Assembly: GCA_037445735.1 (NCBI GenBank)
Contig: JBBIJY010000010.1
Span: 1 to 64,000, forward strand
Source of the DNA: Armatimonadota bacterium
GTDB taxonomy: Bacteria; Armatimonadota; Fimbriimonadia; Fimbriimonadales; GBS-DC
Reading direction: 5' to 3'
DNA: 64,000 nt
Shown here: piece by piece, positions 8,788 through 19,922 of the stretch
How the letters are laid out: the number at the start of each line of letters is the position of its first letter
How positions within the stretch are numbered: position 1 is the first letter of the stretch
Position numbers and translations under genes: made by a program
Notes under the pieces: generated by a model
The model's database searches: none
Told to the model about the DNA's origin: nothing
The model's input: only the letters and a program-made list of their open reading frames with translations

Positions 8788-10559
8788 TCTTCATCCAGCA
8801 CAACCCGGATGTGCAGCTCGCGCAGCTGCTCCTCGCTCACGGGCGACGGCGCACCGAACATCACATCGACCATCGCCGTGTTCTTGGGAAAGGCAATCAC
8901 ATTCCGAATCGTTTCGTCGCCCGATAGCAACATCACGAGGCGGTCGATGCCGGGCGCGATTCCACCGTGCGGCGGTGCGCCATACTCGAACGCCTCCAGC
9001 AGATGCCCGAACCGCTCTTTGATCTCCTCATCGCTGTAGCCCAGCAGGTGAAAGATTTTGTCCTGCAGGTCGCGCCGATGGATACGGATGCTGCCGCTGG
9101 CAAGCTCGTTGCCGTTGCAGACCAGATCATAGCACTGGGCGCGAACCCTGCCCGGATCGGTGTCCAGCAGGGGGATGTCCTCCTCGCGCGGTGCGGTGAA
9201 GGGATGATGCGTCGGGTCCCAGCGGTTCTCCTTCTCGTTCCACTCCAGCAGGGGGAAGTCGAGAATCCATGCAAACGCCAGGAGGTCGGGGTCGGCGAGT
9301 TGCAGGCGTTCGCCCATCTGCTGGCGCAGGCGTCCAAGCGCATGGTTCGCAACGGCAGGCTGGTCAGCGACGATGCCAATCAGGTCGCCCTCTTTCGCGC
9401 CTGTGCGCTGGAGGATGCCCTGCAGCTCCTCTTCGCTCAAAAACTTGGCGATGGGCGAGCGGATGCCTTCGGGCGTGAGCGCAATCGGAGCCAGCCCCTT
9501 CGCGCCGTACTGCTTCACAAACTCGCTCAGCTCGTCCCACTCCCGGCGCGAGTAGCCCGCACAGCCCGGGATGGCAATTGCCTTCACCACCCCGCCCGCT
9601 TCGATCACCGCGCGGAACGCCTGAAAGCCTGTCCCGCGCACCACATCAGTGAGATCGACCAGCTCCATGCCGAAGCGCAGGTCTGGCTTGTCCGTGCCGT
9701 AGCGTGCCATCGCCTCGTCGTAAGTGAGGCGCGGGAACGGTTTCAGCACGCGCTTCCCGGTGCAGTTCTCCACGATGCCGATAAACAGCTCCTCGATCAG
9801 GTTCAAAATATCGTCGCGCTCCACGAACGACATCTCCAGATCGAGCTGGGTGAACTCTGGCTGGCGGTCGGCGCGGGGGTCTTCGTCGCGGAAGCAGCGG
9901 GCAATCTGGAAGTAGCGCTCCACGCCCGCCACCATCAGCAGCTGCTTGAGTTGCTGGGGCGACTGGGGCAGCGCGTAGAACTTGCCCGGATAGAGTCGGC
10001 TGGGCACGAGGTAGTCGCGGGCGCCTTCGGGCGTGCTCTTGATGAGGATGGGCGTCTCCACCTCCAGAAAGCCGCGCTCGGATAGAAAATCGCGAATATA
10101 TTTGACCACGCGATGGCGCAGTTCGAGGCGGCGATACATCGCCGGGCGGCGCAGATCGAGATAGCGATACTTCAGGCGGAGGTTCTCGTCCACCTCCAGT
10201 CGCTCCTCATTCAGCGGGAAGGGCGGCGTGCGGGACGGGTTGAACACGGTGAGCGTATGCGCGAACACTTCGATCTCGCCGGTGGGCAGTTTGGGGTTCT
10301 CGGCGCCGGGTCGTCGGCGGCGCACCTCGCCTTCGATGCCGATGCAGCACTCCACGCGCAGGTCGCCCGCGCGCTCGTGCAGGGCGCGATCGATGGCGGG
10401 GTCGAACACCACCTGCACCAGCCCCGTGCGGTCGCGCATGTCGATAAAAATCAGCCCGCCCAGATCGCGCACGCGATGCACCCAGCCGTTCAGGCGCACC
10501 GTCTGCCCCACATGCGCGGAACGCAACTCACCACAACAATGGGTTCGCTTCCAGCTCAT
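8784..10559 (-). CDS. aspS: Aspartyl-tRNA synthetase
   Basis: [32 protein letters not shown] and GAPPHGG motifs; start at MSWKRTH. Confidence 0.97.
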   Translation of the reverse strand: MSWKRTHCCGELRSAHVGQTVRLNGWVHRVRDLGGLIFIDMRDRTGLVQVVFDPAIDRALHERAGDLRVECCIGIEGEVRRRRPGAENPKLPTGEIEVFAHTLTVFNPSRTPPFPLNEERLEVDENLRLKYRYLDLRRPAMYRRLELRHRVVKYIRDFLSERGFLEVETPILIKSTPEGARDYLVPSRLYPGKFYALPQSPQQLKQLLMVAGVERYFQIARCFRDEDPRADRQPEFTQLDLEMSFVERDDILNLIEELFIGIVENCTGKRVLKPFPRLTYDEAMARYGTDKPDLRFGMELVDLTDVVRGTGFQAFRAVIEAGGVVKAIAIPGCAGYSRREWDELSEFVKQYGAKGLAPIALTPEGIRSPIAKFLSEEELQGILQRTGAKEGDLIGIVADQPAVANHALGRLRQQMGERLQLADPDLLAFAWILDFPLLEWNEKENRWDPTHHPFTAPREEDIPLLDTDPGRVRAQCYDLVCNGNELASGSIRIHRRDLQDKIFHLLGYSDEEIKERFGHLLEAFEYGAPPHGGIAPGIDRLVMLLSGDETIRNVIAFPKNTAMVDVMFGAPSPVSEEQLRELHIRVVLDEE

Positions 10560-10634
10560 CGCACGAATGATACCCGCATGCGGGAGAAATGCGCTCCCCA
10601 ATGCCGTGATGTGCGCGGAGGTAAGCCCCACGCC

Positions 10635-10679
10635 CCGGTTGCAGCGGCGGGCTGCTGGCAGCTCCACCGCTGCAACCGG
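10635..10679. terminator. Stem-loop downstream of the SAM methyltransferase gene
   Basis: 13-bp inverted repeat CCGGTTGCAGCGG / CCGCTGCAACCGG; no U-tract. Confidence 0.45.
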
Positions 10680-10696
10680 TTGCGTACAGGGAACCG

Positions 10697-11743
10697 TTAC
10701 TTCCTGGCTTCCAGAATCAAGTTGAACGGAGTTTCCGTCGCGCGGCGGAAGTGGCTGAAGCCTGCCTCCATAAATACTTCGCGAAGACGCTCCTCGCCTG
10801 CCTGCGCACCCAGCCCCAGTCCAACCTCCTGAGAGAGCGAACTCGGCGTGCAAACGAAAGTCGACGCTGCGTAGAACATGCGCCCTACCGGGGTCAGGTT
10901 CTCCTCAAGCCGGTTGCCGGCGAACGGCTCCACAAGAAGCACTGTTCCGTCGGGTGCGAGCGCTTCATAGGCATGGCGCGCGGCACCCACAGGGTCGCCC
11001 ATGTCGTGGAGACAGTCGAAGAAACAGATGAGGTCGTAACCACGAGCCGGATAGTCTTTAGCCGTGCTGACCTCGAATGTCACGCGGTCGGAGACGCCGC
11101 TTTCAGCCGCACGCGCACGCGCCGTCTCGATCGACGGGGCGTGAAAGTCGAACCCGAAGAAACGCGAGCTGGGGTAAGCTTCCGCCATGATGATGGTCGA
11201 TGCACCATGTCCGCAGCCAACATCGGCAACCGTCGCCCCTGCCTCAAGCTTGGGAACGACACCTTCAAGGGCAGGCAGCCATTCAGCCACCAGATGAGCG
11301 CGATAACCCGGTCTGAAGAAGCGCTCCGTGCCCATAAACAGACACGGATGGTGGTCGCCCCATGACAGAGCGCCGTCGCCACGCATCGCGGCGACAATCT
11401 TGTCCTTGTCCAGAAACATGCTCGCCAGAACATAAGCGCCACCTGCGACATAGACAGGAGAATCCCTGTCTGCCAGTGCCATCGCCTGCTCCTCTGGCAG
11501 ACGGAACCGCCCGTCGGCGGTCTCAACATAGCCCGCTGCAGCCTGGGCGCAGAGCCACTCCCGCACCAGCCGCGGGTTGCAGTTCGTCCGCTCCGCGAGT
11601 TCCTCCGGGGTGAGAAATCCACTACCAGCCATCGCCTGGTACAATCCCAGCTCGTCACCGACAAGCACGGTCGCCCATGTTGCAGCGCCCCCCATGTCGG
11701 CCACTACCTTATCCATAAACGCATACAGCCTGGCTTCGTCCAT
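10697..11743 (-). CDS. Class I SAM-dependent methyltransferase with N-terminal HTH (Rv2258c-like)
   Basis: [29 protein letters not shown] and LGAQAGE motifs; AGGAGG RBS. Confidence 0.88.
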   Translation of the reverse strand: MDEARLYAFMDKVVADMGGAATWATVLVGDELGLYQAMAGSGFLTPEELAERTNCNPRLVREWLCAQAAAGYVETADGRFRLPEEQAMALADRDSPVYVAGGAYVLASMFLDKDKIVAAMRGDGALSWGDHHPCLFMGTERFFRPGYRAHLVAEWLPALEGVVPKLEAGATVADVGCGHGASTIIMAEAYPSSRFFGFDFHAPSIETARARAAESGVSDRVTFEVSTAKDYPARGYDLICFFDCLHDMGDPVGAARHAYEALAPDGTVLLVEPFAGNRLEENLTPVGRMFYAASTFVCTPSSLSQEVGLGLGAQAGEERLREVFMEAGFSHFRRATETPFNLILEARK

Positions 11744-11802
11744 CGTTGTTCCTCCTCTTGAGTGTTGTGGGAACGCACGCGGTTGCGTGTATCCCATGTA
11801 AA

Positions 11803-11832
11803 ATTATACCCCACCAAAAGCCTTTTTGTCAA
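11803..11832 (-). promoter_or_regulatory. Consensus sigma70 promoter of the SAM methyltransferase gene
   Basis: TTGACA, 18-nt spacer, TATAAT. Confidence 0.75.
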
Positions 11833-11863
11833 GATCGATCGCACATTTCAATTCGGGAACTTT

Positions 11864-12805
11864 TCATTTGAATCGCTGGTAAGCTGACCATCGCTGATGT
11901 TCCATGCTGCCTTGACCAGCCATACACCAGCTCCGTACAGGGCACCTTGTGCAGTCTGGACTCGCTTCAAAACACCATTTCATAGCAACATGGAACGCAC
12001 CTTCATCCACAAACATCGGCACCACTTGAGGTACTGATTGCACTCTCTTCTCTATGGAGCCTCGCATGTTCTTGGCTACAATCACATAGGGACGCCCCGA
12101 CTCGTAGACTACATCCTCTATCACGCCCGTCCGACAAAAGACTTTACCGACATGTCCATCTACAACCATGAGTGTTTCTCGCATATCGATATCCAACTCC
12201 CGCCATTTTTCCACAAAAAGCCAGACCAGCCAGTTGGTCAGCATGCGAGCAGCTTTCGGATCATTGCCAACCCACCCGCCCTCTAAAATAGAGTGTTCAC
12301 GCAAAAATGCCCAAAGAGAGTTTACACCGTCCTGAAGCCGACTTCTGGACAGTTCATACAGACCAGTACCGTCTGGCAGATTACGAACGAGAAAAATAAA
12401 AGTGGCGAATCTATATAGAAACAGCGACAGTGGTTTGATGCCACCCAATGCACCAACACGATAAAGCTCTCTGCCTTTTCGACCACCGATTTCTCGGAAG
12501 ATATCCAGCACATCTCCGAATCGCTGCTCCACCGTATCAGGCTGGTATAGCAGTGTATCTCCAAATCTGGCGAACAGCTCGCGTACGAACTCTCGTATTT
12601 TGCCGGTGTCGCCTTGCTGATTGAGTAATGAACGCAAAAGCAGGTAACGAATGATGCTTTCTCTGTTTTCGATGGGTAGCTCCTCAGGCAGCGCCATGCT
12701 CTCGCGCCACTGCCCCTTCCATGTACGCCGACCAATCTGTTCCAGATGCGAAATTAACTCTTTTCGCTGATCAGGCTCGAGAGCTTCTTGTTTTACCTTT
12801 GGCAT
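11864..12805 (-). CDS. Divergent HhH-GPD superfamily DNA glycosylase/lyase-like protein with 4Fe-4S motif
   Basis: GWVGNDPKAARML (HhH-Lys-like), VVDGHVGKVFCRTG (cf. EndoIII VDTHV.R) and C-terminal C-x6-C-x2-C-x5-C; GAGGAGG RBS. Confidence 0.7.
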   Translation of the reverse strand: MPKVKQEALEPDQRKELISHLEQIGRRTWKGQWRESMALPEELPIENRESIIRYLLLRSLLNQQGDTGKIREFVRELFARFGDTLLYQPDTVEQRFGDVLDIFREIGGRKGRELYRVGALGGIKPLSLFLYRFATFIFLVRNLPDGTGLYELSRSRLQDGVNSLWAFLREHSILEGGWVGNDPKAARMLTNWLVWLFVEKWRELDIDMRETLMVVDGHVGKVFCRTGVIEDVVYESGRPYVIVAKNMRGSIEKRVQSVPQVVPMFVDEGAFHVAMKWCFEASPDCTRCPVRSWCMAGQGSMEHQRWSAYQRFK

Positions 12806-13769
12806 TACGAGCTGATGACCTCCTCTTTTTGACCTGGTCGGAGAGCCAGGTACGCAGGCGTTGAGCATCATCGCGCACGGTATACTCAAATCTCACATCG
12901 TCCAGTAAAGAAGGGCTATCGACACCAACTTTTGCCCGAATGATGGGTAGCAGTTCGCTGTCGATTTCGTAGCCGATGCATGAGCGTCCGAGGCGATACG
13001 CTACTCGCATCGTTGTGCCACTGCCCAGAAACGGGTCCAGCACCGTCTCGCCCTTATAGGAGAACAACAGCATCAGACGCCGTACCAGCTCTTCTGGAAA
13101 TGCCGCGATGCCTTCTTCCAGCCGTCCCTGCAACGGCAATACATTTGTTATCTGCCATACATTCAGGTACCATTTTTGTTTTTGATACTCAACTAGATCG
13201 ATTCGGGACTCTTCACGCCTGCCGGCGCAGATGCGTTGATAATCGAAGCGACCTTTCTGGAAAATCAGCACGCTCTCCTGTACATTATCCGGGTAGTAAT
13301 AGAGCGGGTATGGATGCTGAAGAATCACCCCACTGCGACGGCTGATGCGGATATAACCCTCTGGTTTAAGCCAGACGATGCGATCCCGATAGCGGAAGCC
13401 CGCCTCCAGGAAGATTCGGGTCATGTCCGCAACCACAGGGTAGCGCTCGCCGTCGACAAGCACATCGTCGCAAACGATGCAGGCAACGCGCCCTTCCTCC
13501 AGCACACGCCAGATTTCCTGTGCCACGGCACGCATCGATTCGAGATAAGCCTCGTAGCTCTGGAACAGGTTGGGATAGTCAAATGGGGCATTGAAGTAGG
13601 GCGGGCTGGTGAGAACCATCTGCACCGACCGTTCGGGCAACTCTGTCATATTCCGCGCGTCGCCGAAAATCACGCGCAGAATGCAGCGCTCTGGTGCACC
13701 TGCCTCTGGGGTATCAGCGGCTCGGTTCGCCAGACCATTCTGAATTGGTCGCTTCGCTGGCATGGTCAT
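12771..13769 (-). CDS. Site-specific N4-cytosine/N6-adenine DNA methyltransferase, beta class
   Basis: Motif IV TSPPY precedes motif I DPFLGSGTT; AFPEEL and GYEID motifs; ATGA overlap with the serC stop. Confidence 0.92.
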   Translation of the reverse strand: MTMPAKRPIQNGLANRAADTPEAGAPERCILRVIFGDARNMTELPERSVQMVLTSPPYFNAPFDYPNLFQSYEAYLESMRAVAQEIWRVLEEGRVACIVCDDVLVDGERYPVVADMTRIFLEAGFRYRDRIVWLKPEGYIRISRRSGVILQHPYPLYYYPDNVQESVLIFQKGRFDYQRICAGRREESRIDLVEYQKQKWYLNVWQITNVLPLQGRLEEGIAAFPEELVRRLMLLFSYKGETVLDPFLGSGTTMRVAYRLGRSCIGYEIDSELLPIIRAKVGVDSPSLLDDVRFEYTVRDDAQRLRTWLSDQVKKRRSSARNAKGKTRSSRA

Positions 13770-14854
13770 CCCCTGCGTTGCATGAAGTCAAGCATAAAGT
13801 CGCGCAGTGCCTGCACGCCTTCGAGGGGCATGGCGTTATAGATCGAGGCGCGGCAGCCGCCGACGGAGCGGTGTCCCTTCAGCTCGTACAGCCCGTTCGC
13901 CTGCGCCTCTTGCACAAACGCCTTCTCCAGCTCCTCGCTCGGCAGTCGCCAGGTCACATTCATTACGGAGCGGCATTCGGGGTGCGCATGCCCGCGATAG
14001 AAGCCACCGCTCTGGTCGATCACCTCATACAGCAGGCTCGCCTTCTGGCGATTGAGCTGCTGCATGCGTTCCAGCCCGCCAATCTCGTTCAGCAGCCAGC
14101 GCGTAACGAGCATCACGATATAGATGGCGAACACGGGTGGCGTGTTATACACCGATTGATGCTCGGCTTGCAGGCGATAATCGAGCATGGCGGGCAGATC
14201 GGGCGGCACACGCTCCAGCAGGTCCTCCCGAATAATCACGATGGTGACGCCAGCGGGTCCTGCGTTCTTCTGGGCGCCAGCGTAGAGGAGCGCGTAGCGT
14301 TCGATGGGCAGCGGGCGCGACAGGAAATCGGATGAGGCGTCGCACACCAGCGGCAGGTCGCCCACAGGTGGCTCCTGCTGGAACTCCACGCCCTGAATCG
14401 TCTCGTTGGAGGTGAAATGCACATAGGCGGCGCTGGGATCGATGTCCAGTTCGTCGGGGCGTGGGGTTCGGGTGAAGTTCTCGTTTTTGCCTGACCACGC
14501 GATGCGCGCCCGCCCGACCTTGAGCGCCTCCTGAAACGCCTTCTCGCCCCACGAACCCGTGAGAATATAATCAGCCGAGCGGTCGCCCAGCAGGTTCATC
14601 GGCACCATCGCGAACTGCAGGCTCGCGCCACCCTGCAAAAACAGCACGCGATAATGAGCGGGGATGTTCAGCAGCTGCCGCAGGTTCGCCTCCGTCTCCT
14701 GCAAAATGGCGTCGAACCATCGGGAGCGGTGGCTGATCTCCAGTACCGACATGCCGACGCCCGGCAGCGCCAGCAAATCGCGCTGCGCCTCCTGCAGCAC
14801 GGGCAGCGGCAACACCGCCGGACCCGCCGAAAAGTTCCACACGCGCTCTGGCAT
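13766..14854 (-). CDS. serC: Phosphoserine aminotransferase
   Basis: NFSAGPA, EISHRS, YAGAQKN and GHRSVGG.RASIYNA motifs. Confidence 0.96.
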   Translation of the reverse strand: MPERVWNFSAGPAVLPLPVLQEAQRDLLALPGVGMSVLEISHRSRWFDAILQETEANLRQLLNIPAHYRVLFLQGGASLQFAMVPMNLLGDRSADYILTGSWGEKAFQEALKVGRARIAWSGKNENFTRTPRPDELDIDPSAAYVHFTSNETIQGVEFQQEPPVGDLPLVCDASSDFLSRPLPIERYALLYAGAQKNAGPAGVTIVIIREDLLERVPPDLPAMLDYRLQAEHQSVYNTPPVFAIYIVMLVTRWLLNEIGGLERMQQLNRQKASLLYEVIDQSGGFYRGHAHPECRSVMNVTWRLPSEELEKAFVQEAQANGLYELKGHRSVGGCRASIYNAMPLEGVQALRDFMLDFMQRRG

Positions 14855-14869
14855 GACTGTCCCTCCAGC

Positions 14870-16300
14870 TTACAGAATGTATCGGCTCAGGTCGACATCC
14901 TTCACGATGTCGCCGAGTTTGTTGCGCACATAGTCCACATCGATGACGATTCGCTCGCCTGCGCGTTCGGGCGCCTCGAACGAGAGGTCTTCCATCAGCT
15001 TCTCCATCACGGTGTGCAGGCGGCGGGCGCCGATGTTCTCAGTACGGGTATTCACTTCGTAGGCGATGCGGGCAATCTCCTCAATCGCGTCGTCGGTGAA
15101 TTCGAGTTCGACGCCCTCGGTGGCGAGCAGCTGTTGATACTGTTTGGTGAGCGCGTTGCGTGGCTCCCTGAGGATTCGGACGAAATCGGCGGCGGTCAGC
15201 GGCTCCAGCTCCACACGGATCGGCAATCGTCCCTGCAGCTCGGGAATGAGGTCGGAGGGCTTGCTCATATGGAACGCGCCCGCCGCGATAAAGAGGATGT
15301 GGTCGGTGCGCACGGGACCGTACTTGGTGATGACGGTGGAGCCTTCGATGATGGGCAGCAGGTCGCGTTGCACGCCTTCGCGGCTCACATCGGGACCGTA
15401 CTGACTGCGCGCGCCAGCGATTTTATCGATCTCGTCCAGAAAGATGATGCCCGTCTGTTCGGCGCGCTGGATCGCTTCGCGAACGACGCTGGAGCGGTCG
15501 ATGAGCTTGCGGGCTTCCTGCTGGGTGAGGATTTCGCGTGCCTCTTTGATGGTGACCACGCGGCGGGCACGGTTCTGTGGCACAAAGGGGTTGAAGGTGT
15601 CCACATCCATGCCCATCTCTTCGATGCCCTGCGCCGAGAACACCTGCAGGAAGGGGATGACGGGTTCCTCCACTTCGATTTCGATGGTTTCATCGTCGCG
15701 CAGTCCTGCGCGGATTTGTTCAGCGAGGGCGCGTCGGAGTCGGCGCCGCTCGGTTTCCGATTCTTCCGCGTTCTCATCCGATTCTTCCTGTTCAGGTGGG
15801 GTTTCGGTGCCGAAGATGAGGCGCATGAGGGGTGAGGGTGAGGTCTGGCGTCGGCGTCGGCGCGGGCGCAGCATCAGCTCCACGATGCGTTCCACCGCGC
15901 GTGCCTCCGCCCGCTCGCGCACCTCCTCCAGCTTCTCCTGCTCCACCATCCGCACGGCGACATTCACCAGATCGCGCACCATCGAGTCGACATCGCGCCC
16001 CACATAGCCCACTTCGGTGAACTTGGTGGCTTCCACCTTGATGAAGGGCGCCTTCACCAGCGCGGCCAGGCGACGCGCGATCTCGGTCTTGCCCACGCCC
16101 GTGGGACCAATCATCAGGATGTTCTTGGGCATCACCTCGTCGCGCAGTTCCGGTGGCAGCTGCTGGCGACGGTAGCGGTTGCGCAGGGCAATCGCGACGG
16201 CACGCTTCGCCTTCGCCTGACCCACAATGTATTTATCCAGCTCCGCCACAATCTGGCGCGGAGTCAGCTCTTCAATCGGCAAAGTCGTTTCGGCTGGCAC
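14870..16300 (-). CDS. hslU: ATP-dependent protease ATPase subunit HslU
   Basis: [30 protein letters not shown] and GARRL motifs; probable GTG start at 16300. Confidence 0.95.
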   Translation of the reverse strand: MPAETTLPIEELTPRQIVAELDKYIVGQAKAKRAVAIALRNRYRRQQLPPELRDEVMPKNILMIGPTGVGKTEIARRLAALVKAPFIKVEATKFTEVGYVGRDVDSMVRDLVNVAVRMVEQEKLEEVRERAEARAVERIVELMLRPRRRRRQTSPSPLMRLIFGTETPPEQEESDENAEESETERRRLRRALAEQIRAGLRDDETIEIEVEEPVIPFLQVFSAQGIEEMGMDVDTFNPFVPQNRARRVVTIKEAREILTQQEARKLIDRSSVVREAIQRAEQTGIIFLDEIDKIAGARSQYGPDVSREGVQRDLLPIIEGSTVITKYGPVRTDHILFIAAGAFHMSKPSDLIPELQGRLPIRVELEPLTAADFVRILREPRNALTKQYQQLLATEGVELEFTDDAIEEIARIAYEVNTRTENIGARRLHTVMEKLMEDLSFEAPERAGERIVIDVDYVRNKLGDIVKDVDLSRYIL

Positions 16301-16368
16301 ATGCAGAAGTATACCCGCTGCTATGGGAATAATGGCGTTCAGGCAGGTATAATCCCTCAGGTGCTGTG

Positions 16369-16971
16369 ATGCGACACTTCTGGACAATGATAGGGCTTAT
16401 TGGGCTGATGGCGCTGGCGGCGGCGCAACCCCCACGCGAGACCCAGCAGAAGCTTGAGGCGGTTCGCGACCTGCTTCAGTTCCGTCTGGTGCAGTTGAGC
16501 GACTATTACTGGCACGAGGGACACCACTACAAAACGATGGCGCTGCTCTTCGTGCTGATCGAGTATGACCCGCAGGATGTGGAGGGCTTCGCCTCGCTGG
16601 GCTGGTTGCTCGATAGCTACGGGCAGACCGCGCGCGCGTTTCAGGTCTATGAGCGCGGCATCCGCGCCAACCCTGATCGGTACGACCTCTATTTTGAGGC
16701 GGGCTTCTGGTACTCTCAAAAGGGTGATTATCAGCGGGCGCGCGCCTATCTGGAGAAGGCGGTGAGCTTCAAAGAGGCGCCCATCTTCGTCTGGAAATCG
16801 CTGGCGCACACCTGCGAGCGCATGGGCGACTTAAAACGCGCCCTCGAAGCGTGGGAGAAAGCCAGACAGATGGACCCCACCGACGGCGCAGTTGAGCTGA
16901 ACATGGCGCGCGTGCGCAGGAAATTGCAGGAACAGAGCGAACCGAACCGCAGCAGAGGTGGTCAGGGATGA
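16369..16971 (+). CDS. Exported tetratricopeptide-repeat protein
   Basis: Signal peptide followed by TPR-like helical repeats. Confidence 0.75.
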   Translation: MRHFWTMIGLIGLMALAAAQPPRETQQKLEAVRDLLQFRLVQLSDYYWHEGHHYKTMALLFVLIEYDPQDVEGFASLGWLLDSYGQTARAFQVYERGIRANPDRYDLYFEAGFWYSQKGDYQRARAYLEKAVSFKEAPIFVWKSLAHTCERMGDLKRALEAWEKARQMDPTDGAVELNMARVRRKLQEQSEPNRSRGGQG

Positions 16972-17258
16972 TTTCGCCCATCGATCTGGTCATCTGGGTG
17001 TTGCAGGCGCTGGTAGTGATTATCATTCTGGATGTCATCTTCTCGTGGATACGGTTTGCGGGCGGGCGCGTGCCACGCTATAACCCGGTGGTGCGCTTTA
17101 TCGAGCGGGTCGCGGACGCCATCCTGGACCCCTTCCGCCGCCTGCAGGAACGGCTCTTCCGCAGCGCTGGCATGAGCATGTTCCCCATCGACTTCTCGCC
17201 CGTGCTGGCGATAATTCTGATCCAGTTTCTGGTGGCGCTGTTGAACGGGCTGCGGTAA
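16968..17258 (+). CDS. YggT family membrane protein
   Basis: SW..., IL.PFRR and IDFSPVLA motifs. Confidence 0.85.
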   Translation: MISPIDLVIWVLQALVVIIILDVIFSWIRFAGGRVPRYNPVVRFIERVADAILDPFRRLQERLFRSAGMSMFPIDFSPVLAIILIQFLVALLNGLR

Positions 17259-17267
17259 GCCCCGTGT

Positions 17268-19922
17268 TCAACTCTGCAACTGCTGTCGGATCAGCTCGGG
17301 CAGGGTTTGCAGGGCGGTGGGTAGCTGGTCGGGCTGTTTGCCGCCTGCCTGAGCGAAGTCGGGCTTGCCACCGCCGGAGCCGTCGATGCGCTGTGCCAGC
17401 TCGCGTGCCAGCTGACCTGCGTGCAAGCCTCGCTGTACCCATTCAGGCGCGATTTTGACCACCAGCACGGCTTTGCTGTCCTGCGCCGTGCCGAGCGCGA
17501 CCACGCCTGCGCCTCTCTGGATGAGCTGATCGGCGAGCGCGCCGAGCGATTTGCTGTCCGCGTCCGCGACCACCTGCGCTATTACAGGCACACCCGCTAC
17601 TTCCACAGGCGTCATCGCGCCGACAGCCTGCGCGATGGCGCTTTGCCGAAGCCGCTCCAGTTCGTCTTGCAGCTCTTTCAGCTGGCGCGTGAGGCGTTCG
17701 ACGGCGCGGGGCAGTTCGGGCACAGGCGTTTGCAGGCGTTCGGCAGCCTCACGGATGGCATGCTCGCGCTCGCGCAGCCACTGATAGAGCCAGCGCCCCG
17801 TGAGCGCCTCGACGCGCCGCACACCCGCCGCCACACTGCCCTCATGAACAATCTTGAACAGCCCCGCTTCGATGGTGTTGGTCAGATGGGTGCCTCCGCA
17901 CAGCTCCAGCGAGAAGCCCGGTATCTCCACCATGCGCACGCGCTCGCCGTACTTTTCGCCAAAGAGCATCATCGCGCCGCGCCGACGCGCCTCCTCGATC
18001 GGCACATCGGTGTGAACCCGCACCTCCAGCTCTGCCAGAATCTTCTCGTTGACCAGCGATTCGATGCGCTCCAGCTCGTCGGGTGTGAGGGCGCGCGGAT
18101 GGGTGAAGTCGAAGCGCAATCGGTCGGGCGCCACCAGCGAGCCTGCCTGCACCACATGGGGTCCCAGCACGGTACGAAGCGCCGCGTGCAGAAGGTGAGT
18201 CGCCGTGTGGTTGCGTCGGATGTCCAGGCGGCGTTGTGCGGGCACACGGGCATACACCGTCTGCCCGATGGTCAGCTCGCCCGCCACGATGCGGGCGTGA
18301 TGGAAGTAAAAATCGCCCGCTTTCTGGGTATCCAGCACTTCGGCTCTGCCGCCCGCCCATTCCAGGAGTCCCGTGTCGCCCACCTGTCCACCCGCTTCGG
18401 CATAGAAGGGGGTGATGTCCAGCACAATCTCCACCGTCTCGCCCTCGTGGGATGCGGGCACAAGATTGCCCTCTTTGACCAGCCCCACAACGGTCGCTTC
18501 GGCTTCGAGCTGGTCATAGCCCACGAATCGGGTTGGTGATGTCCGCTGCGCCAGTTCAGTGAGTGCGGCGCCCGTTTGCACGAAGAGCTTCTCGGAGATG
18601 CCGCTGGCTTCGCGGGCGCGGCGACGCTGTTCTTCCAGCGCGCGCTGAAAGCCTTCGATATCGACCTGCACGCCCCGTTCCGCCGCGATCTCGCGCGTCA
18701 GCTCCAGCGGGAAGCCGTAGGTGTCATAGAGGGTGAAGGCGCGTTCGCCGGGCAATACGCCCGATGTGGGCAGCTCGGTCAGCATCTCTTCCAGTCGTGT
18801 CAGCCCCGTCTGCAGCGTCTGGCGGAACCGCTCCTCCTCAAAGTGCAGCGTGCTTTCGATATACGCCTGTCGCTGTACGATTTCGGGGTACTGGTCGCCC
18901 AGCGCTTCGATGACGGCGGGCACCAGTTCGGCGAGGAACGGCTTCTCCAGATTGAGGATGCGCAGCCCGCGCGTGATGGCGCGGCGGATGAGCCGCCGCA
19001 ACACATAGCCGCGCCCCTCGTTCTGGGGGATCACGCCATCGGCGATGCTGAAGGTCGCCGCGCGAATGTGATCGGCAATCAGGCGAATGGCGGTGTCGCT
19101 GGCTTCGTCTGTTTTATAGGCGATGCCAGCTATCTGCTCGATGCGGCGCACAATGGGCGCGAACACATCGGTCTCGTAAGGGCTTTCCAGCCCCATCAGC
19201 ACCGCTGCCGTGCGCTCCAGCCCCATGCCCGTGTCGATGTTCTGCTTTGGTAGAGGAACCAGCTTCGGCTTGCCGTTCTCTTCCATGCGCTCGTACTGCA
19301 TAAACACGAGGTTCCAGATTTCGAGCCAGCGTCCGCATTCGCAGGCGGGACCGCAGTCGGGATTGTTGCAGCCTGTGTTCAGCCCGGTGTCGTAGAAGAT
19401 TTCGGAGCAGGGACCGCAGGGACCGTTGGGACCCTCGCTGATGGCGTTCGCGGGCCAGAAGTTGGTCTTCTCGCCTAATCGCCAGATTCGGTCCGCTTCG
19501 ATGCCCACCTCGCGGTGCCAGATGTCGAACGCCTCATCGTCATCCTGAAACACGGTGAACTGCAGGCGATTGGGGTCTACCTTCAGCCGCTCGGTGAGGA
19601 ACTCGAACGCCCAGCGAATCGCTTCGCGCTTGAAATAGTCGCCGAAGCTGAAGTTGCCCAGCATCTCGAAGAAGGTAAGATGCGACAGGTCGCCCACCGC
19701 GTCGATGTCGGTGGTGCGCAGGCACTTTTGCACGGTGGTGACGCGCGGCGCGGGCGGTTGCGCCGTGCCCAGAAAGTAGGGCTTGAACTGCACCATGCCC
19801 GCGCTGGTGAACAGCAGGGAGGGGTCTTTCGGCACGAGGCTATCGGAAGGGAGCAGCCGATGCCCCTTCTGCTGGAAGAACTCCAGAAACACCCGTCGCA
19901 GGTCGCGCGCGTTCCAGCTCAT
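17268..19922 (-). CDS. alaS: Alanyl-tRNA synthetase
   Basis: FTSAGMVQFK, FFEMLGNFSFGDYFK, HTATHLLH and ELCGGTH motifs. Confidence 0.98.
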   Translation of the reverse strand: MSWNARDLRRVFLEFFQQKGHRLLPSDSLVPKDPSLLFTSAGMVQFKPYFLGTAQPPAPRVTTVQKCLRTTDIDAVGDLSHLTFFEMLGNFSFGDYFKREAIRWAFEFLTERLKVDPNRLQFTVFQDDDEAFDIWHREVGIEADRIWRLGEKTNFWPANAISEGPNGPCGPCSEIFYDTGLNTGCNNPDCGPACECGRWLEIWNLVFMQYERMEENGKPKLVPLPKQNIDTGMGLERTAAVLMGLESPYETDVFAPIVRRIEQIAGIAYKTDEASDTAIRLIADHIRAATFSIADGVIPQNEGRGYVLRRLIRRAITRGLRILNLEKPFLAELVPAVIEALGDQYPEIVQRQAYIESTLHFEEERFRQTLQTGLTRLEEMLTELPTSGVLPGERAFTLYDTYGFPLELTREIAAERGVQVDIEGFQRALEEQRRRAREASGISEKLFVQTGAALTELAQRTSPTRFVGYDQLEAEATVVGLVKEGNLVPASHEGETVEIVLDITPFYAEAGGQVGDTGLLEWAGGRAEVLDTQKAGDFYFHHARIVAGELTIGQTVYARVPAQRRLDIRRNHTATHLLHAALRTVLGPHVVQAGSLVAPDRLRFDFTHPRALTPDELERIESLVNEKILAELEVRVHTDVPIEEARRRGAMMLFGEKYGERVRMVEIPGFSLELCGGTHLTNTIEAGLFKIVHEGSVAAGVRRVEALTGRWLYQWLREREHAIREAAERLQTPVPELPRAVERLTRQLKELQDELERLRQSAIAQAVGAMTPVEVAGVPVIAQVVADADSKSLGALADQLIQRGAGVVALGTAQDSKAVLVVKIAPEWVQRGLHAGQLARELAQRIDGSGGGKPDFAQAGGKQPDQLPTALQTLPELIRQQLQS

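Noticed and set aside
10560-10853. N-terminal extensions of aspS (likewise mnmG, hslU, rplU and pfk) in the ORF track
   Set aside because: They have no homology-like content and overlap promoters or neighbouring genes; the true starts are downstream.
10560-13770. Integrative element or prophage boundaries around the MTase cassette
   Set aside because: No integrase, att-like direct repeats or tRNA target could be seen.
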